Source: Alphaproteobacteria bacterium (GTDB taxonomy: Bacteria; Pseudomonadota; Alphaproteobacteria; Rs-D84; SZUA-605). Taken from it: a stretch of DNA of 64,000 nucleotides. Positions 20,701-30,138 of the stretch are shown in pieces. Position numbers and translations under genes: made by a program. Within the stretch, counting starts at the first letter, position 1. Each line of letters starts with the position of its first letter. The stretch is from NCBI GenBank assembly GCA_031549385.1, contig JAVBPW010000006.1, positions 1-64,000 on the forward strand, read 5' to 3'. The notes below the pieces were generated by a model. It saw nothing but the letters and a program-made list of their open reading frames with translations. It had not been told where the DNA came from and did not search any database.

Positions 20701-22102
20701 TTACGGCATCAGAATCATTGTGACCTGTTTCCGATTCAATAAGAGTACGATTGTATTGAGACACTATGTTTCTATCTTTGTTATTAATATCTGTAAATTT
20801 ACTCTTTAACTGAAGTGGAAAACAGTCATATCCTGACCACTTTGTTGTTCCACCAAGATCCCAATATACAATAACGTGAGAAATACAATTGTGATTTACA
20901 CTTACAGTACTGCAACCTGTTGGAGATATTTGATTATTTGAAATTGTAAAACCAGCTGTTACTGCATTGCCACCTTTTATAATAGGGTTTCTTAAATAAT
21001 CACGAGCGTCTAAACATTTTGTTTGAACTATGTCTGTTTTATTAGGCATACAAGTTAACTTACAAGTGTTACGATCATATACTGGCATTTCACAGGAATT
21101 ACATAATGATGCTGAACCTGATGCTTCAAGTTTAATACGATCTTTGTTTGTACCTGTGTCTACATTAATTGTTTCAAGAGGTTTACATCCTTGCAAACTG
21201 TCTGGATTAATAATAGGTAAACACGTTACATTTTCACCATCAAATTGCATAGAATAACCTTTATCACAACCTTTTACTGCTTTAGTCTTACAATCCCACG
21301 CACTTGTTACTTCATTAAAATATACCATCTTTCCAGCATCACATTGCTTTCTTGAACGATATCTTTCATCTGGCACACAAACTCCAAATGAATTTTCTAC
21401 CATTTCTCCAAAACATTTTAATGCAGGATTGAATGCTTTACATTTAAATGCTTTTGCTTCTGTATCGTAACTTTTTATTTCACCCTTTTTACAAGTTAAT
21501 TTTTGACGCTCTTTATTACTTACCATAGACTTTATTGTTTCTGGTGAATAATAATTCAAATATACTAACTGTGTTGATTCAACACCAAAATCACCAACTA
21601 TTTTTGGTGGTATGTTTACTGGATTTTCTAATTTACCTGAATTTAAAATTATGTACTGACCATCATCATTGGCAAATACAAGTCCTATGTTGGGCATTCC
21701 TCCCGATAAATTATATAATAACTTCATCATACTTGAGTGAGTTACACCTTCAAGCTTTTTTGTCTTGGTTACTATGTATTGAGAATTTACATATTCACCT
21801 CTTTCATTTTGTTGTAAACAATCTTGTGTAATTTCTGAATCTGGAGTTAAACAATATTTCCTTGTTTCCATTTCATATACTTGAGAGCATGGATAGTATT
21901 GCACAAATTGGTGACGATTGTCATATAAGTTTGTTATATTATCATCAATTGCTTTTTGTTGTTGAATTGCTATACATGTAGCTTCTGACTCTGAGGCAAG
22001 ATTAGTTTTTGAATATTCGTGTTCAACTTTAAATGATGGCGAATCAAAATAGAAATAACCACCAATAAATGCTGATAAAATCATTATCAAAAATATTTGC
22101 AT
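14711..22102 (-). CDS. Giant (2463 aa) Cys/Thr-rich surface protein with an N-terminal membrane anchor and W-x4-GW repeats
   Basis: Hydrophobic N-terminus MQIFLIMILSAFIGGYFYF; very high Cys content; recurring C-x-P-x-(Y/F)...W-x4-GW...C units; GAGGAAG SD. Confidence 0.85.
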   Translation of the reverse strand: MQIFLIMILSAFIGGYFYFDSPSFKVEHEYSKTNLASESEATCIAIQQQKAIDDNITNLYDNRHQFVQYYPCSQVYEMETRKYCLTPDSEITQDCLQQNERGEYVNSQYIVTKTKKLEGVTHSSMMKLLYNLSGGMPNIGLVFANDDGQYIILNSGKLENPVNIPPKIVGDFGVESTQLVYLNYYSPETIKSMVSNKERQKLTCKKGEIKSYDTEAKAFKCKAFNPALKCFGEMVENSFGVCVPDERYRSRKQCDAGKMVYFNEVTSAWDCKTKAVKGCDKGYSMQFDGENVTCLPIINPDSLQGCKPLETINVDTGTNKDRIKLEASGSASLCNSCEMPVYDRNTCKLTCMPNKTDIVQTKCLDARDYLRNPIIKGGNAVTAGFTISNNQISPTGCSTVSVNHNCISHVIVYWDLGGTTKWSGYDCFPLQLKSKFTDINNKDRNIVSQYNRTLIESETGHNDSDAVILYQKFWEMFTNLPKTDIDGNTLSRDKQLFYYFCETENRGTNNDICRRMGKPYFFYNINTNKCYDPLGEETMDSDVANQDEVKKALEQYKCPTGYCRTRDEVAGIVSNCLPSSTATKSPTSVVCLTASSVLECGYNQVTVLNTNGTMDCWTPPTGFPNDAYSVTRTATEFNGGPYTYYTICNDTGTGNKCVNTGNTIISHNELAFCEVVNGKCANATQYNGCRAGSIRTSGICGLVWHDTPCPYNDYFDSKQGTQGQTASTVCKANATSCKAGYVMKFVGVYNSAIKEIQAKAYCVPADNSAEPAPMGARYTQIDYNSHYYYLPTASGTLTSNTVGQTDNPAHVIELVTEEGFSKIDFGAFEKGDCNDGYVKNMTSTQKLCERNFCDGTDAVNFNKAEYKNYIVTLFKKQDSTAATCANTDGYCTNMIFGNSFPASFIDTPPSKSECVYLWRPDYSGLGSTTYTAMTTDFTVDKIKSTTNKVFLGREAADLNTASKINPRSAFKYKNFTKTSNYKVTTTEPVYTTPEPTEEEPNPQPIQTGTKTVYTDTHVVSSKKSCPSGKEGYIRLWVDATGWETNCILNWGSDYQNGSNIQTASSVYKTGWVVGYEDTTNSTPDTNITGALDVKTIRLYRPSVNEFKTVQDIANMRLQADGTANLMYNVNGKQDFPAPETYQGLKYAWNDLLSWSEDGSSSVILCTGGDTGSVLSGYLTEIKPYTIKLSDNCFDKVQPIYYANYQTEKDDLFKIKDVCNNTACQPEANKYSHYEVIAGSGFYAEWDNITGWKPTLLPRQCTTSGFSAGVLTKVADFWGLKSGTAVSTIYGSSCFSRFRPSYDLWSELRWKTLTRPQQILINYPDNMQCTDLANCTAVTDNKVYRCATDNVPSNWNTSSGWVDYKLASATEPNPLTWTATGNLNPSGTQKNYVLTKEAIASGDLKVHLCRPTKAASLLVNKKLGDYKTEFNTIAEECAFYAGLSTYDAAKCTTEGYSACTVNTYTYYGWTDENGWATTCEKNYCYAAGAKPTNKPIAYIEYSKTRVTTPIVTTDCVDLCQPAYSNPAASALEVHAVEKCNLTPVTHDNCDGFPRAREYNYSAWSDTAGWSACNKVNRCSTSLEGTTGSKYISGEYDNDNTSATNALIDTQGGKINKNATGRLQVTKCLKTCRPQFGSTTVCVETEAMYNNCSASSGYLYATWDDGYGWSTCSTINNCTDRDATATAAKWIHYSKANINTGISDYLTNKIAKDQTGSIKLDKCVTNCQPKFEAGAASKVGWITAKIEDNSISDCCNKSITAATTTDANKEACDYVRSDDDAYKYFGWVAANGWDSTSQINKCTNYTTITQVAYVDINKVDATANNTKKRVAECVTRVKPVPHLKLNGGTTCLDQGSDCEYKSTYTWTRGTSTATTYNSCKYISATEAWCKYGTEPVSRKITWTDALGWANQGFVQCTGAFTGTPSIQTPDLINDCQKTCQPAFQTGSSAPYNSTVTCNTTGDAANYPCGSSAYTYSKWLETSGWQACSNNNYCTANGLSTSINTNYIKYSKTRPTTGSSPIKTDECLDGCQPRYIYAGAGYKIETATVINGNTLNKDTRCTTNKYDGQCATSQPDSHLYSAWVDATGWGSCTDQNYCTDKSGAANFQGSHIKYTKTNNNTAAATANHVPVSMGVALCVTDCRPKYGLTTAQKTTTGANTDLCCDPTGGTSGTACSQAQDSTNIYEYHKWENNTTGWGDEYTNYCTASGSAPTFTAKYIKLQKARGSINTIPTTNCVTECRPKYSATAYSDTTIYTSTSCCNTTDTSDTTTTACNKASVNANTVSFWKTGDGWTSRDAVCEFDKDLRSTWVKPTGWKNLQASVDASGNITCTLGYDPKSANNCQYCSIKICTESPATTINQTTGDCLAAFSIQYNSGTCWKCGTPSNPICPESSYSTFVSFVLDDESGERKLTCKNASNVTKAYKIDSTGTFNYDCSNTPVSNGCPKVFEIETGISRLPNLKLKAL

Positions 22103-22175
22103 ATTTCTTCCTCTTGCTCCCTTAACGATTTATTTTAATAATTGAATCGTTAAAGGCAAGAGAAAACTTTATAGA

Positions 22176-25100
22176 CTACTTTGATTTTTTCATAGCTAAC
22201 ATACATGGAGTTACTATGAGTGTTAAAACTGTTGAAAATGTCAAACCAAAACATATTGATTGCGCAAGTGGCATCCACATAGTTGTTGATGGATTACCAA
22301 ATGTTATTTCTTGATTTAAGAAATCTATATTCAATCCTATTGCCATTGGTATTAATCCTAATACTGTTGTAATAGCTGATAACAATACTGGACGTAATCT
22401 TTGTGTTCCTGTTCTTATTATAGCCATCTTTTTATCTTCATACTGGTTCTTAAATTCATTGTACGTATCAATCAATATAATATTATTGTTCACAACAATA
22501 CCTGCTAGAGATATAATACCTATACCATGCATAACCAACGAGAATGGTACTCCCAGAAGTATAATTCCGGTAAATACTCCAACAGTTGATAATATAATTG
22601 CAAATAGTATTAATCCAACGTCATAGAATGAATTAAATTGGAATAATAAAATTAATCCCATTAATAAAACAGCTGAAATAAACGCCATTATAATAAAACT
22701 TCCAGCTTCTTTTTGATCTTCTTCTTCACCCTTGAACTTAACATTTATTTCTTTTTTCACAGGATTTTGTTTCATGTATTCTTTCAAAAGATTCAACTGA
22801 TTAGATGGTAATAAATTAGGTTGAACATTTGACTTTACTGTCATAACTCTTTTGCCATCTACTCTTTTGATTGTAGAAATTTTTTGAGATGGATTTATTG
22901 TTATGAAGTTTGATAATGGCACTTGTCCGTATCCTGTTGTTATTCTTAAATTCTTCATTTCATCTAAATTTCTATACTCTTTTGGGAATCGAGTTACTAT
23001 GTAAATTTCTTCGTCACTGTTTCCACCATGATACAATGAAAATCTTATACCGTTTGTTAACATTTGAATCATTTGACCTGCTGTTGCAATACTTACATCA
23101 AATTTAGCTGCTTGTGCTCGATCGATATTTACTTCCCATTGAATTCCTGGAAGTGGACGAGAGTCTTCTATGTCTGTAAATCCATCAACTGCTTTCATGG
23201 CATTTAATACATATACTATACCTTCTTCAAGCAAATCTACATTTTCTGATGATACTTCAATTTCAACTGGCTTACCTTGTGATGGTCCGTCTTTTTGTTT
23301 TTCAATTTGGATTTTTACACCACCTATATCATCAATTTTAGTTTTGATTTGACTTATAATAACGTCTGCTTTTGGTCTTTTATCCCAATCAAGTAATTCA
23401 AGTTGAATGTAGCCTATAGTATCTTCTGGAGCTTCACTTGGCTTTGTTCCACTTTGAGCATACACTGTTTTGAAATATGGAATGTCTTTTATTTTTGTTT
23501 CTACATTCTTTATTAAATCGTCTTTTTCTTTAATAGATAAATTTCCACGAGCTTGAACTAATATAGATACAAAATCAGGTTCTTGACTTGGAAAGAACTC
23601 CATACCTTTTGATGTCGCACTGAAAATGAAAAATACTGCTATTAAAATTGCAATTGATCCCCAGAAAATTCTTTTTGGATATTTTATTGCTGCTGTTAAT
23701 ATATTTTCATATATTTTGTACATTTGAGATTTTTGAGCTTGTCCTGATTTAACTTTTTCATGCTTTTTAGCTTTCTTTTTATCAAGCTTTCCTGTTATTC
23801 CACCCATTACTGGAACTAGTACTAATGCTACTACTAATGATGCTAATAAAATTGCTATTACTGTTAATGGTAAATACTTTATAAATTCACCCATAATTCC
23901 AGGCCAGAATAATAGCGGGAAGAACACTGCTAATGTTGTTGCAGTTGATGATATAATTGGAATAGCCATTCTTTTTGACGAATTCAAATAAGCAGAAACT
24001 TTATCTTCGCCTTCAAGCATTCGACGATCAGCTTCTTCTGTTACCACTATAGCTCCATCAACCAGAATACCCACACTGAGCACAAGACCAAATAGAACTA
24101 CCATGTTTAGAGTTAATCCTAATAAATATATCGCCAATATTCCAAGCAAAAATGAGGTTGGAATTGATAGACCTACTAATAATCCTGAACGGCGACCTAA
24201 CATAACTATTACTGTTATAATAACTAAAATAATCGATAGTAATACTGAGTTATTTAAATCAGTTAACATATCTTTTATTTGCTTTGAAAAATCATTAGTA
24301 TATGAAATTTGAACTTGTACTGGGATTTGTTCTTGAGCAACTGTAATTATCTTTTTTACTTCTTCTACTGTAGAAATAATGTTTACCCCTGCTCTCTTTT
24401 TTATATTTAATGTAACAGCTTTTTTATAGTTTACTCTTGCTTCTGTTTGAGCGTCTTCATAATTTTTTCTTATTACTGCTACGTCTTGTAATCTTGTCAC
24501 AGAGTCTTTGTTTACTTTTATTGGAAGCTTTAAAAGAGATTCTAAATCTTCTATTAATCCTGGAACTATGATTGGAAATTGACCTGAATCTGATTCAAGG
24601 TTTCCTGCAGGAATTAATAAATTGGAACTGCTTAAAAAATTAGCAAATGTTGATAAAGAAATATCATACGCTGATAGTTTTACTGGGTCTACTAATATTT
24701 CAACTTGTTCTTTACGGTCGCCTCCGATTTCTACTTCTAAGATTCCTGGTATACCTTCAATTTCTTCTTTTAACTTTTTTGCTATACCTAATAATTCTCG
24801 TTCAGGAATTGAGCCTGCCATGTTTACTACTATAATTGGAAACTGAGAAGTTGAGAATTCCATTATTATTGGCTCGTCTGCAGCTGACGGAAGGTTGGAT
24901 TTTGCTAAATCAACTTTTTCTCTTACATTGGAAAGTGCCATTTCTGAATTTGATCCAGCTGTAAATTGAATTACTGTTTGACATCCACCTTGGAAACAAG
25001 TTGATGTCATTTCTTTTACAGAATCAAGAGATTTGAATTCTTTTTCTAACTTTTTTGCTATCATAGTTTCACCGTCTTCTGGTGATACTCCACGATAATT

Positions 25101-25238
25101 TACTGTTGTTATAATATATGGAATTTTTACGTCAGGAAAGGCTTCCTTTGGTATATTCATATATACTATTATTCCATAAACTATAATTGCAAAAAAAACA
25201 GTGAGAACTGTTTTTTTATTTTCAAATATCTTATTCAT
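22176..25238 (-). CDS. RND efflux transporter permease (AcrB/AcrD/AcrF family)
   Basis: 1020 aa; LVDGAIVVTE, VNNNIILID and RLRPVLLSAITT motifs. Confidence 0.95.
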   Translation of the reverse strand: MNKIFENKKTVLTVFFAIIVYGIIVYMNIPKEAFPDVKIPYIITTVNYRGVSPEDGETMIAKKLEKEFKSLDSVKEMTSTCFQGGCQTVIQFTAGSNSEMALSNVREKVDLAKSNLPSAADEPIIMEFSTSQFPIIVVNMAGSIPERELLGIAKKLKEEIEGIPGILEVEIGGDRKEQVEILVDPVKLSAYDISLSTFANFLSSSNLLIPAGNLESDSGQFPIIVPGLIEDLESLLKLPIKVNKDSVTRLQDVAVIRKNYEDAQTEARVNYKKAVTLNIKKRAGVNIISTVEEVKKIITVAQEQIPVQVQISYTNDFSKQIKDMLTDLNNSVLLSIILVIITVIVMLGRRSGLLVGLSIPTSFLLGILAIYLLGLTLNMVVLFGLVLSVGILVDGAIVVTEEADRRMLEGEDKVSAYLNSSKRMAIPIISSTATTLAVFFPLLFWPGIMGEFIKYLPLTVIAILLASLVVALVLVPVMGGITGKLDKKKAKKHEKVKSGQAQKSQMYKIYENILTAAIKYPKRIFWGSIAILIAVFFIFSATSKGMEFFPSQEPDFVSILVQARGNLSIKEKDDLIKNVETKIKDIPYFKTVYAQSGTKPSEAPEDTIGYIQLELLDWDKRPKADVIISQIKTKIDDIGGVKIQIEKQKDGPSQGKPVEIEVSSENVDLLEEGIVYVLNAMKAVDGFTDIEDSRPLPGIQWEVNIDRAQAAKFDVSIATAGQMIQMLTNGIRFSLYHGGNSDEEIYIVTRFPKEYRNLDEMKNLRITTGYGQVPLSNFITINPSQKISTIKRVDGKRVMTVKSNVQPNLLPSNQLNLLKEYMKQNPVKKEINVKFKGEEEDQKEAGSFIIMAFISAVLLMGLILLFQFNSFYDVGLILFAIILSTVGVFTGIILLGVPFSLVMHGIGIISLAGIVVNNNIILIDTYNEFKNQYEDKKMAIIRTGTQRLRPVLLSAITTVLGLIPMAIGLNIDFLNQEITFGNPSTTMWMPLAQSICFGLTFSTVLTLIVTPCMLAMKKSK

Positions 25239-26340
25239 TTTCTACCACTTCTTCTTGTGTTTTTACCTTTTGACCTTCGTCTACATATTCTCCACCGAGT
25301 GTTATTACTTGGGCATCGTCGTATAATCCTTCTACCCAAAGTCCTTCAGAATCACTTTTGATTATTTCAATTGGTAAAAATTTTACTTTTCCTTCTTCAA
25401 CAACTTTTACACCTATATCACCTGTAGAATTAAGAGTTAATAAACTTTGATTCTTTAATTTATAACCTTCTTTTTGTTCCAAGCTGAATGTTAGCTTTGC
25501 TGTTTGGCCAATTCCAATACTTAAATCATCATTTGGTATTTCTACTTCTACTAAAAATGTTCTTGTTCTTGGATCAAGTAAGTTTGATATGTATGTTACA
25601 GTTCCTATTGTATAAAAGTCATTTAAAAACTCTGCTTTTACAAATTCACTTTGCTTAATCTTTCCAAAATATTTTTCTGGTAAGTGTGATTGAATTAATA
25701 TTGGATTTAGTGATACAAAAATTCCAAGTTCTGTTGCTGGAGTTACTACGTCACCTTCTTCTACATTCTTTGTATCAAAAATACCATCAAATGGAGCTTT
25801 TACTGATGTGTAGTCTATATCTTGTTGGATTGACTTTAATTCAGCTTGAGCTGCTTGAAGAGACGCTTTTTCTTTTGTCAATGTTATTGGAGATTCAAAT
25901 TTTTGGTCAACCAATTCTTTTGTTGTTTGATAGCGGAATTCAGCTTCTCTGATTTTTGCTTTTGCAGCACTTAATCTTGCTGATCTGTCATCTTGTGAAA
26001 GAGTTAAAATTACTTCACCTTCTTTTACAAATTCACCTTTTTGTTTTACTATTTTTTCAACACGACCACCTGTTCTTGCTTTTAATGGAATACTTGATTT
26101 AGCACTTGTTTGTCCATTTAATATAATTGATCCCTTTACTTTCATAGCTTGAACTTTTTGAACTTTTACTACTATAACTTCAGGATCTTTTTGAATATAT
26201 GATGTGTCTTCTTTTGGAGTCATTGTATTTTTTGCAAAATAAAATACAAAAATTGCTATAAAAAAGTAAAATACAGCCTTTGTAAATGTCTTTTTTGCTG
26301 CTTTGTTGTCTTTAAATTTTTCTTTAATTTTCTTTATCAT
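25231..26340 (-). CDS. RND periplasmic adaptor (membrane fusion protein)
   Basis: N-terminal TM; lipoyl halves GRVEKIVKQKGEFVKEG / VKAPFDG; overlaps the permease start. Confidence 0.93.
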   Translation of the reverse strand: MIKKIKEKFKDNKAAKKTFTKAVFYFFIAIFVFYFAKNTMTPKEDTSYIQKDPEVIVVKVQKVQAMKVKGSIILNGQTSAKSSIPLKARTGGRVEKIVKQKGEFVKEGEVILTLSQDDRSARLSAAKAKIREAEFRYQTTKELVDQKFESPITLTKEKASLQAAQAELKSIQQDIDYTSVKAPFDGIFDTKNVEEGDVVTPATELGIFVSLNPILIQSHLPEKYFGKIKQSEFVKAEFLNDFYTIGTVTYISNLLDPRTRTFLVEVEIPNDDLSIGIGQTAKLTFSLEQKEGYKLKNQSLLTLNSTGDIGVKVVEEGKVKFLPIEIIKSDSEGLWVEGLYDDAQVITLGGEYVDEGQKVKTQEEVVENE

Positions 26341-26432
26341 AATAAAAAACCTTTTTCTCTTGATAATTTTTGCGTTCGTTTTACAATATACCTTTAATAT
26401 ATCTTAATCAAGACAAAAATACAAGGTGCAAA

Positions 26433-28817
26433 ATGGCTGAGAACTCATATCCGTTTAAAGAAATTGAAAAGAAATGGCAGAAACGTTGGGATGAAAAAAA
26501 TTGTTTCAAAGTTGATAATGAAAGTAATGGAAAAAAGAAATTTTATTGCTTGATAGAATTCCCTTTCCCTTCTGGATCTGGGCTGCATGTTGGTCATGCT
26601 AGACCCTATACTGCTATGGATACTGTTGCAAGATACCACAGAATGAAAGGTGAAAATGTTTTGTTTCCTATTGGTCTTGATTCTTTTGGAGCTCAAGCTG
26701 AACAATATGCTATTAAAACTGGACAGCATCCGAAAGTTACTACTGAATTGAATACTGAAACTTATGTAAGACAATTGAAGGATTTAGGATTTTCTTTTGA
26801 TTGGGATAGATTTATTTCTACATCTCGTCCGGAATACTATAAATGGACACAATGGATGTTTATACAATTTTTCAAAAAAGGTCTTGCTTATAAATCTCAA
26901 GATACTATTAATTGGTGCCCTGCTTGCAAAATGGCTTTGACTAATGAAGAACTTGAACAAGGTAAGTGCGAAAGATGTGGTGGAGATGTTATTCAAAAAG
27001 TTAAAAGTCAATGGACTTTAAAAATGAAAAGCTATTCCGAAGACCTTCTTGAAGGACTTGATCATGTTGGATACAGCGAAAATATTAAAGCTCAACAACG
27101 TAATTGGATTGGAAAATCTGTTGGGGCTGAAGTTGATTTTACATTATCAAATGGTGAAAAATTAAAAGTATTTACTACCAGAGCTGATACTATGTATGGA
27201 GTTACATTTATGGTTATTGCTCCTGAACATAATTTAACTCTTTCAAAAGATATTTCTAATAAAGATGCTGTGGATGCTTACAAAATTGCTGCTAATAAAA
27301 AGACTGAAATGGCTCGACTTGAAAATAAAGAAAAAAGTGGAGTTAAGTTAGAAGGTATTTATGCTGTTAATCCTTTTGATGGAAAACAAATTCCTATATT
27401 TATTTCTGACTATGTTATGATGGGATATGGTACTGGAGCTATTATGGCGGTGCCTGCTCATGATACTCGTGATTTTGAATTTGCTTCTATGTTTGGTTTA
27501 GATATAACTCGAGTTATCGATGGGGGAGAACTTCCTTATGAAGGCGATGGCAGACATGTTAATTCTGGATTTATGGACGGAATGGATAAAGATGATGCTA
27601 TTAATGCTGCTATTACAAAAGTAGAAAGTGAAAAAATCGGAAAGAAAACTATTAATTATAAAATGAAAGACTGGCTATTTTCACGTCAACGTTATTGGGG
27701 TGAACCTGTACCTATGGTTTTTTGTGAATGTTGTGGATGGCAAAGTGTACCTGATAATCAACTTCCTGTTGTGCTTCCTGATATTGATGATTATTTACCG
27801 ACTGATGATGGAGAATCTCCACTTGCTAAGGCAACTGATTGGGTGAATACTACTTGCCCAGTGTGCGGAAAAGCAGCTAAGCGTGAAACTGATACTATGC
27901 CAAATTGGGCAGGATCATCTTGGTACTTTTTAAGATATATGGATCCAAAAAATAATGATGAATTTGCATCAAAAGATGCACTTAATTATTGGGGACAAGT
28001 TGACCTTTATGAAGGTGGTCAAGAACATACTACCAGACACTTGCTTTATGCTCGTTTTTGGAATCAAGTTTTATTTGACCTTGGATTAGTGCCTAATAAA
28101 GAACCATTTAAAAACAGATTTTCTCATGGACTTATTTTGGCTGAAGATGGGTCTAAAATGTCTAAATCAAAAAATAATATAGTATCACCTGATGACGTTA
28201 TTAATGAATTTGGTACTGACAGTCTTCGAATATATGAAATGTTTATTGCACCTTTTTCCGAAGATGCTGCTTGGTCTACTTCTTCTATTATTGGAGTTTC
28301 TCGTTTCTTAAATCGAGTTTATAAAATGATTGAAAAAATTGAAGATCGTGAAATGAATAAAGAAGAGAAAGTTGCTATTAATAAAACTATTAAAGATGTG
28401 ACTGAAAGAATGGAAGCAACTAAATTTAATACTGTTGTTTCTGCTTACATGGAATGTTTGAATGCTGTTTCTTCTCAAGACAAGGTGGCTAAAGAATTCT
28501 TTGAAAAGTTTTTAGCTATACTTAATCCTTATGCGCCTCATCTTTGTGAAGAGCTTTGGGAAAAACTAGGGCACAATGATATGCTCGTGTTTCATCAATG
28601 GCCAGAATATAATGAAAAATTCTTAATGAGTGATGAAATTAATTTCATTATTCAAATTAATGGAAAGCTTCGTTCAGAAATCAAAATCAAAAAAGATTTA
28701 GGCGAAGACGAAATTAAAAAATTAGCACTTGCTGATGAAAAAGCTTCTAAATTTATTGTTGGAGATATTAAGAAAATAATTATCGTTCCTAATAAATTGA
28801 TAAATATAGTTGTATAA
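26433..28817 (+). CDS. leuS: Leucyl-tRNA synthetase
   Basis: FPFPSGSGLHVGH (HIGH), GTGAIMAVPAHD editing domain, KMSKS; start placed at ATG 26433 after AAGGTG. Confidence 0.97.
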   Translation: MAENSYPFKEIEKKWQKRWDEKNCFKVDNESNGKKKFYCLIEFPFPSGSGLHVGHARPYTAMDTVARYHRMKGENVLFPIGLDSFGAQAEQYAIKTGQHPKVTTELNTETYVRQLKDLGFSFDWDRFISTSRPEYYKWTQWMFIQFFKKGLAYKSQDTINWCPACKMALTNEELEQGKCERCGGDVIQKVKSQWTLKMKSYSEDLLEGLDHVGYSENIKAQQRNWIGKSVGAEVDFTLSNGEKLKVFTTRADTMYGVTFMVIAPEHNLTLSKDISNKDAVDAYKIAANKKTEMARLENKEKSGVKLEGIYAVNPFDGKQIPIFISDYVMMGYGTGAIMAVPAHDTRDFEFASMFGLDITRVIDGGELPYEGDGRHVNSGFMDGMDKDDAINAAITKVESEKIGKKTINYKMKDWLFSRQRYWGEPVPMVFCECCGWQSVPDNQLPVVLPDIDDYLPTDDGESPLAKATDWVNTTCPVCGKAAKRETDTMPNWAGSSWYFLRYMDPKNNDEFASKDALNYWGQVDLYEGGQEHTTRHLLYARFWNQVLFDLGLVPNKEPFKNRFSHGLILAEDGSKMSKSKNNIVSPDDVINEFGTDSLRIYEMFIAPFSEDAAWSTSSIIGVSRFLNRVYKMIEKIEDREMNKEEKVAINKTIKDVTERMEATKFNTVVSAYMECLNAVSSQDKVAKEFFEKFLAILNPYAPHLCEELWEKLGHNDMLVFHQWPEYNEKFLMSDEINFIIQINGKLRSEIKIKKDLGEDEIKKLALADEKASKFIVGDIKKIIIVPNKLINIVV

Positions 28818-28853
28818 AAAAGCTCCCAGTTGGGAGCTTTTTAATTAAAGTTT

Positions 28854-29423
28854 TTATTGGGCGAAGGAAACTGATTTTGTTCCTGGCTTTTTATTTAATT
28901 CACCTTGTGCTATTGCTAAATTCTTTTTTGCTTCTGCATTGTTTGCATCAAATCTTAATACTGCATTGAAATCTTCAATTGCTTCTTTATACATTCCAGA
29001 ATTACCTTTGCAAATTCCTCTGTTTAAATATGCTGTTGCATTGTCTGGATTTAACTCAATTGCTTTATCATAATTTTTGATTGCTTCTTTGTAATTTTTC
29101 ATCTTTGAATATGGAGCACCACGATGGAAGTATATATCAAAATTATTTGGTTCTAATTTTTCTGCTTTATTAAAATCTTCTATAGATCCTAAGTAGTCAC
29201 CTGTTTTACTTTTTAAGGTTCCTCTTTTTACTAAATATTCTACATCGTTTGGATAAATTTCTATGGCCTTATCATAGTTTGCTATAGCGTCTTTATAGTT
29301 TCCTTTTTCAATTGCTTCTTCTGCTCTGTTTTTATAGTCCGGTGTCGTTTCACAAGAAAATAAACACCACCCATATGAATTTGTTGCTGTTGCTAAACTT
29401 AAAGCAAGTAATAGTTTTTTCAT
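28854..29423 (-). CDS. Secreted tetratricopeptide-repeat protein
   Basis: Signal peptide plus about 4 TPRs (AIxxYDKAIELxP). Confidence 0.9.
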   Translation of the reverse strand: MKKLLLALSLATATNSYGWCLFSCETTPDYKNRAEEAIEKGNYKDAIANYDKAIEIYPNDVEYLVKRGTLKSKTGDYLGSIEDFNKAEKLEPNNFDIYFHRGAPYSKMKNYKEAIKNYDKAIELNPDNATAYLNRGICKGNSGMYKEAIEDFNAVLRFDANNAEAKKNLAIAQGELNKKPGTKSVSFAQ

Positions 29424-29464
29424 TTTATCAATCTCCTTTTTATATTCTTATCCTCATATAGTTC

Positions 29465-30052
29465 TTAAATTTTTTCTTTCAAGGCTAATGTTATTAATTG
29501 TGATAAATTTATTTCTGGGGTTTGATTCATGATTTTTGTTACTGTTTCATGAGCATCATTTTTCTTGTATCCTAAATTTACTAATGCTGATACTGCTTCA
29601 TTTACTATATGTTTTATATTGTCGTTTATTACACCTAATAATGGTTCATCAACATCTGCAACTTTTCCGCGTAATTCAGTTATTAAACGAATACCTAGTT
29701 TAGGTCCAACCCCTGGAACTATTTTAAATACATCTTTGTCACCAGAAATTATTGCACGGGACAAATCAGCAATTGATAAATATGATAAAATAGTTAGCCC
29801 TAATTTATTTCCTACACCTTGTACATTTGTCAACTTTAAAAACCAATCTTTTTCTTGTGTGTCAAAAAATCCGAATAATAAAAATGCATCTTCACGAACA
29901 CGAGTTTCTATTAAAATGGAAACTTCTTTTCCAACTGTTAACTTTGATAGAGTGTTGTTTGAGGCGAACACTAAATAGCCTACCCCGCCTGCCATTATTA
30001 TAGCAGAGTCTACGTTGATTGTATCAACTGTTCCATTTAATTTTGCTATCAT
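29465..30052 (-). CDS. ruvA: Holliday junction branch migration protein RuvA
   Basis: MIAKLNG...GGVGY...VREDAFLLFGF; HhH motifs VQGVG and VPGVG; start at 30052. Confidence 0.96.
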   Translation of the reverse strand: MIAKLNGTVDTINVDSAIIMAGGVGYLVFASNNTLSKLTVGKEVSILIETRVREDAFLLFGFFDTQEKDWFLKLTNVQGVGNKLGLTILSYLSIADLSRAIISGDKDVFKIVPGVGPKLGIRLITELRGKVADVDEPLLGVINDNIKHIVNEAVSALVNLGYKKNDAHETVTKIMNQTPEINLSQLITLALKEKI

Positions 30053-30138
30053 TTGTTTACCCCTCTTGATTTTCTTATTGTATTTATTTATACTCATTGC
30101 AAAACAGAAAGTCAAATCAATCATAAGGAATTAAGAAA

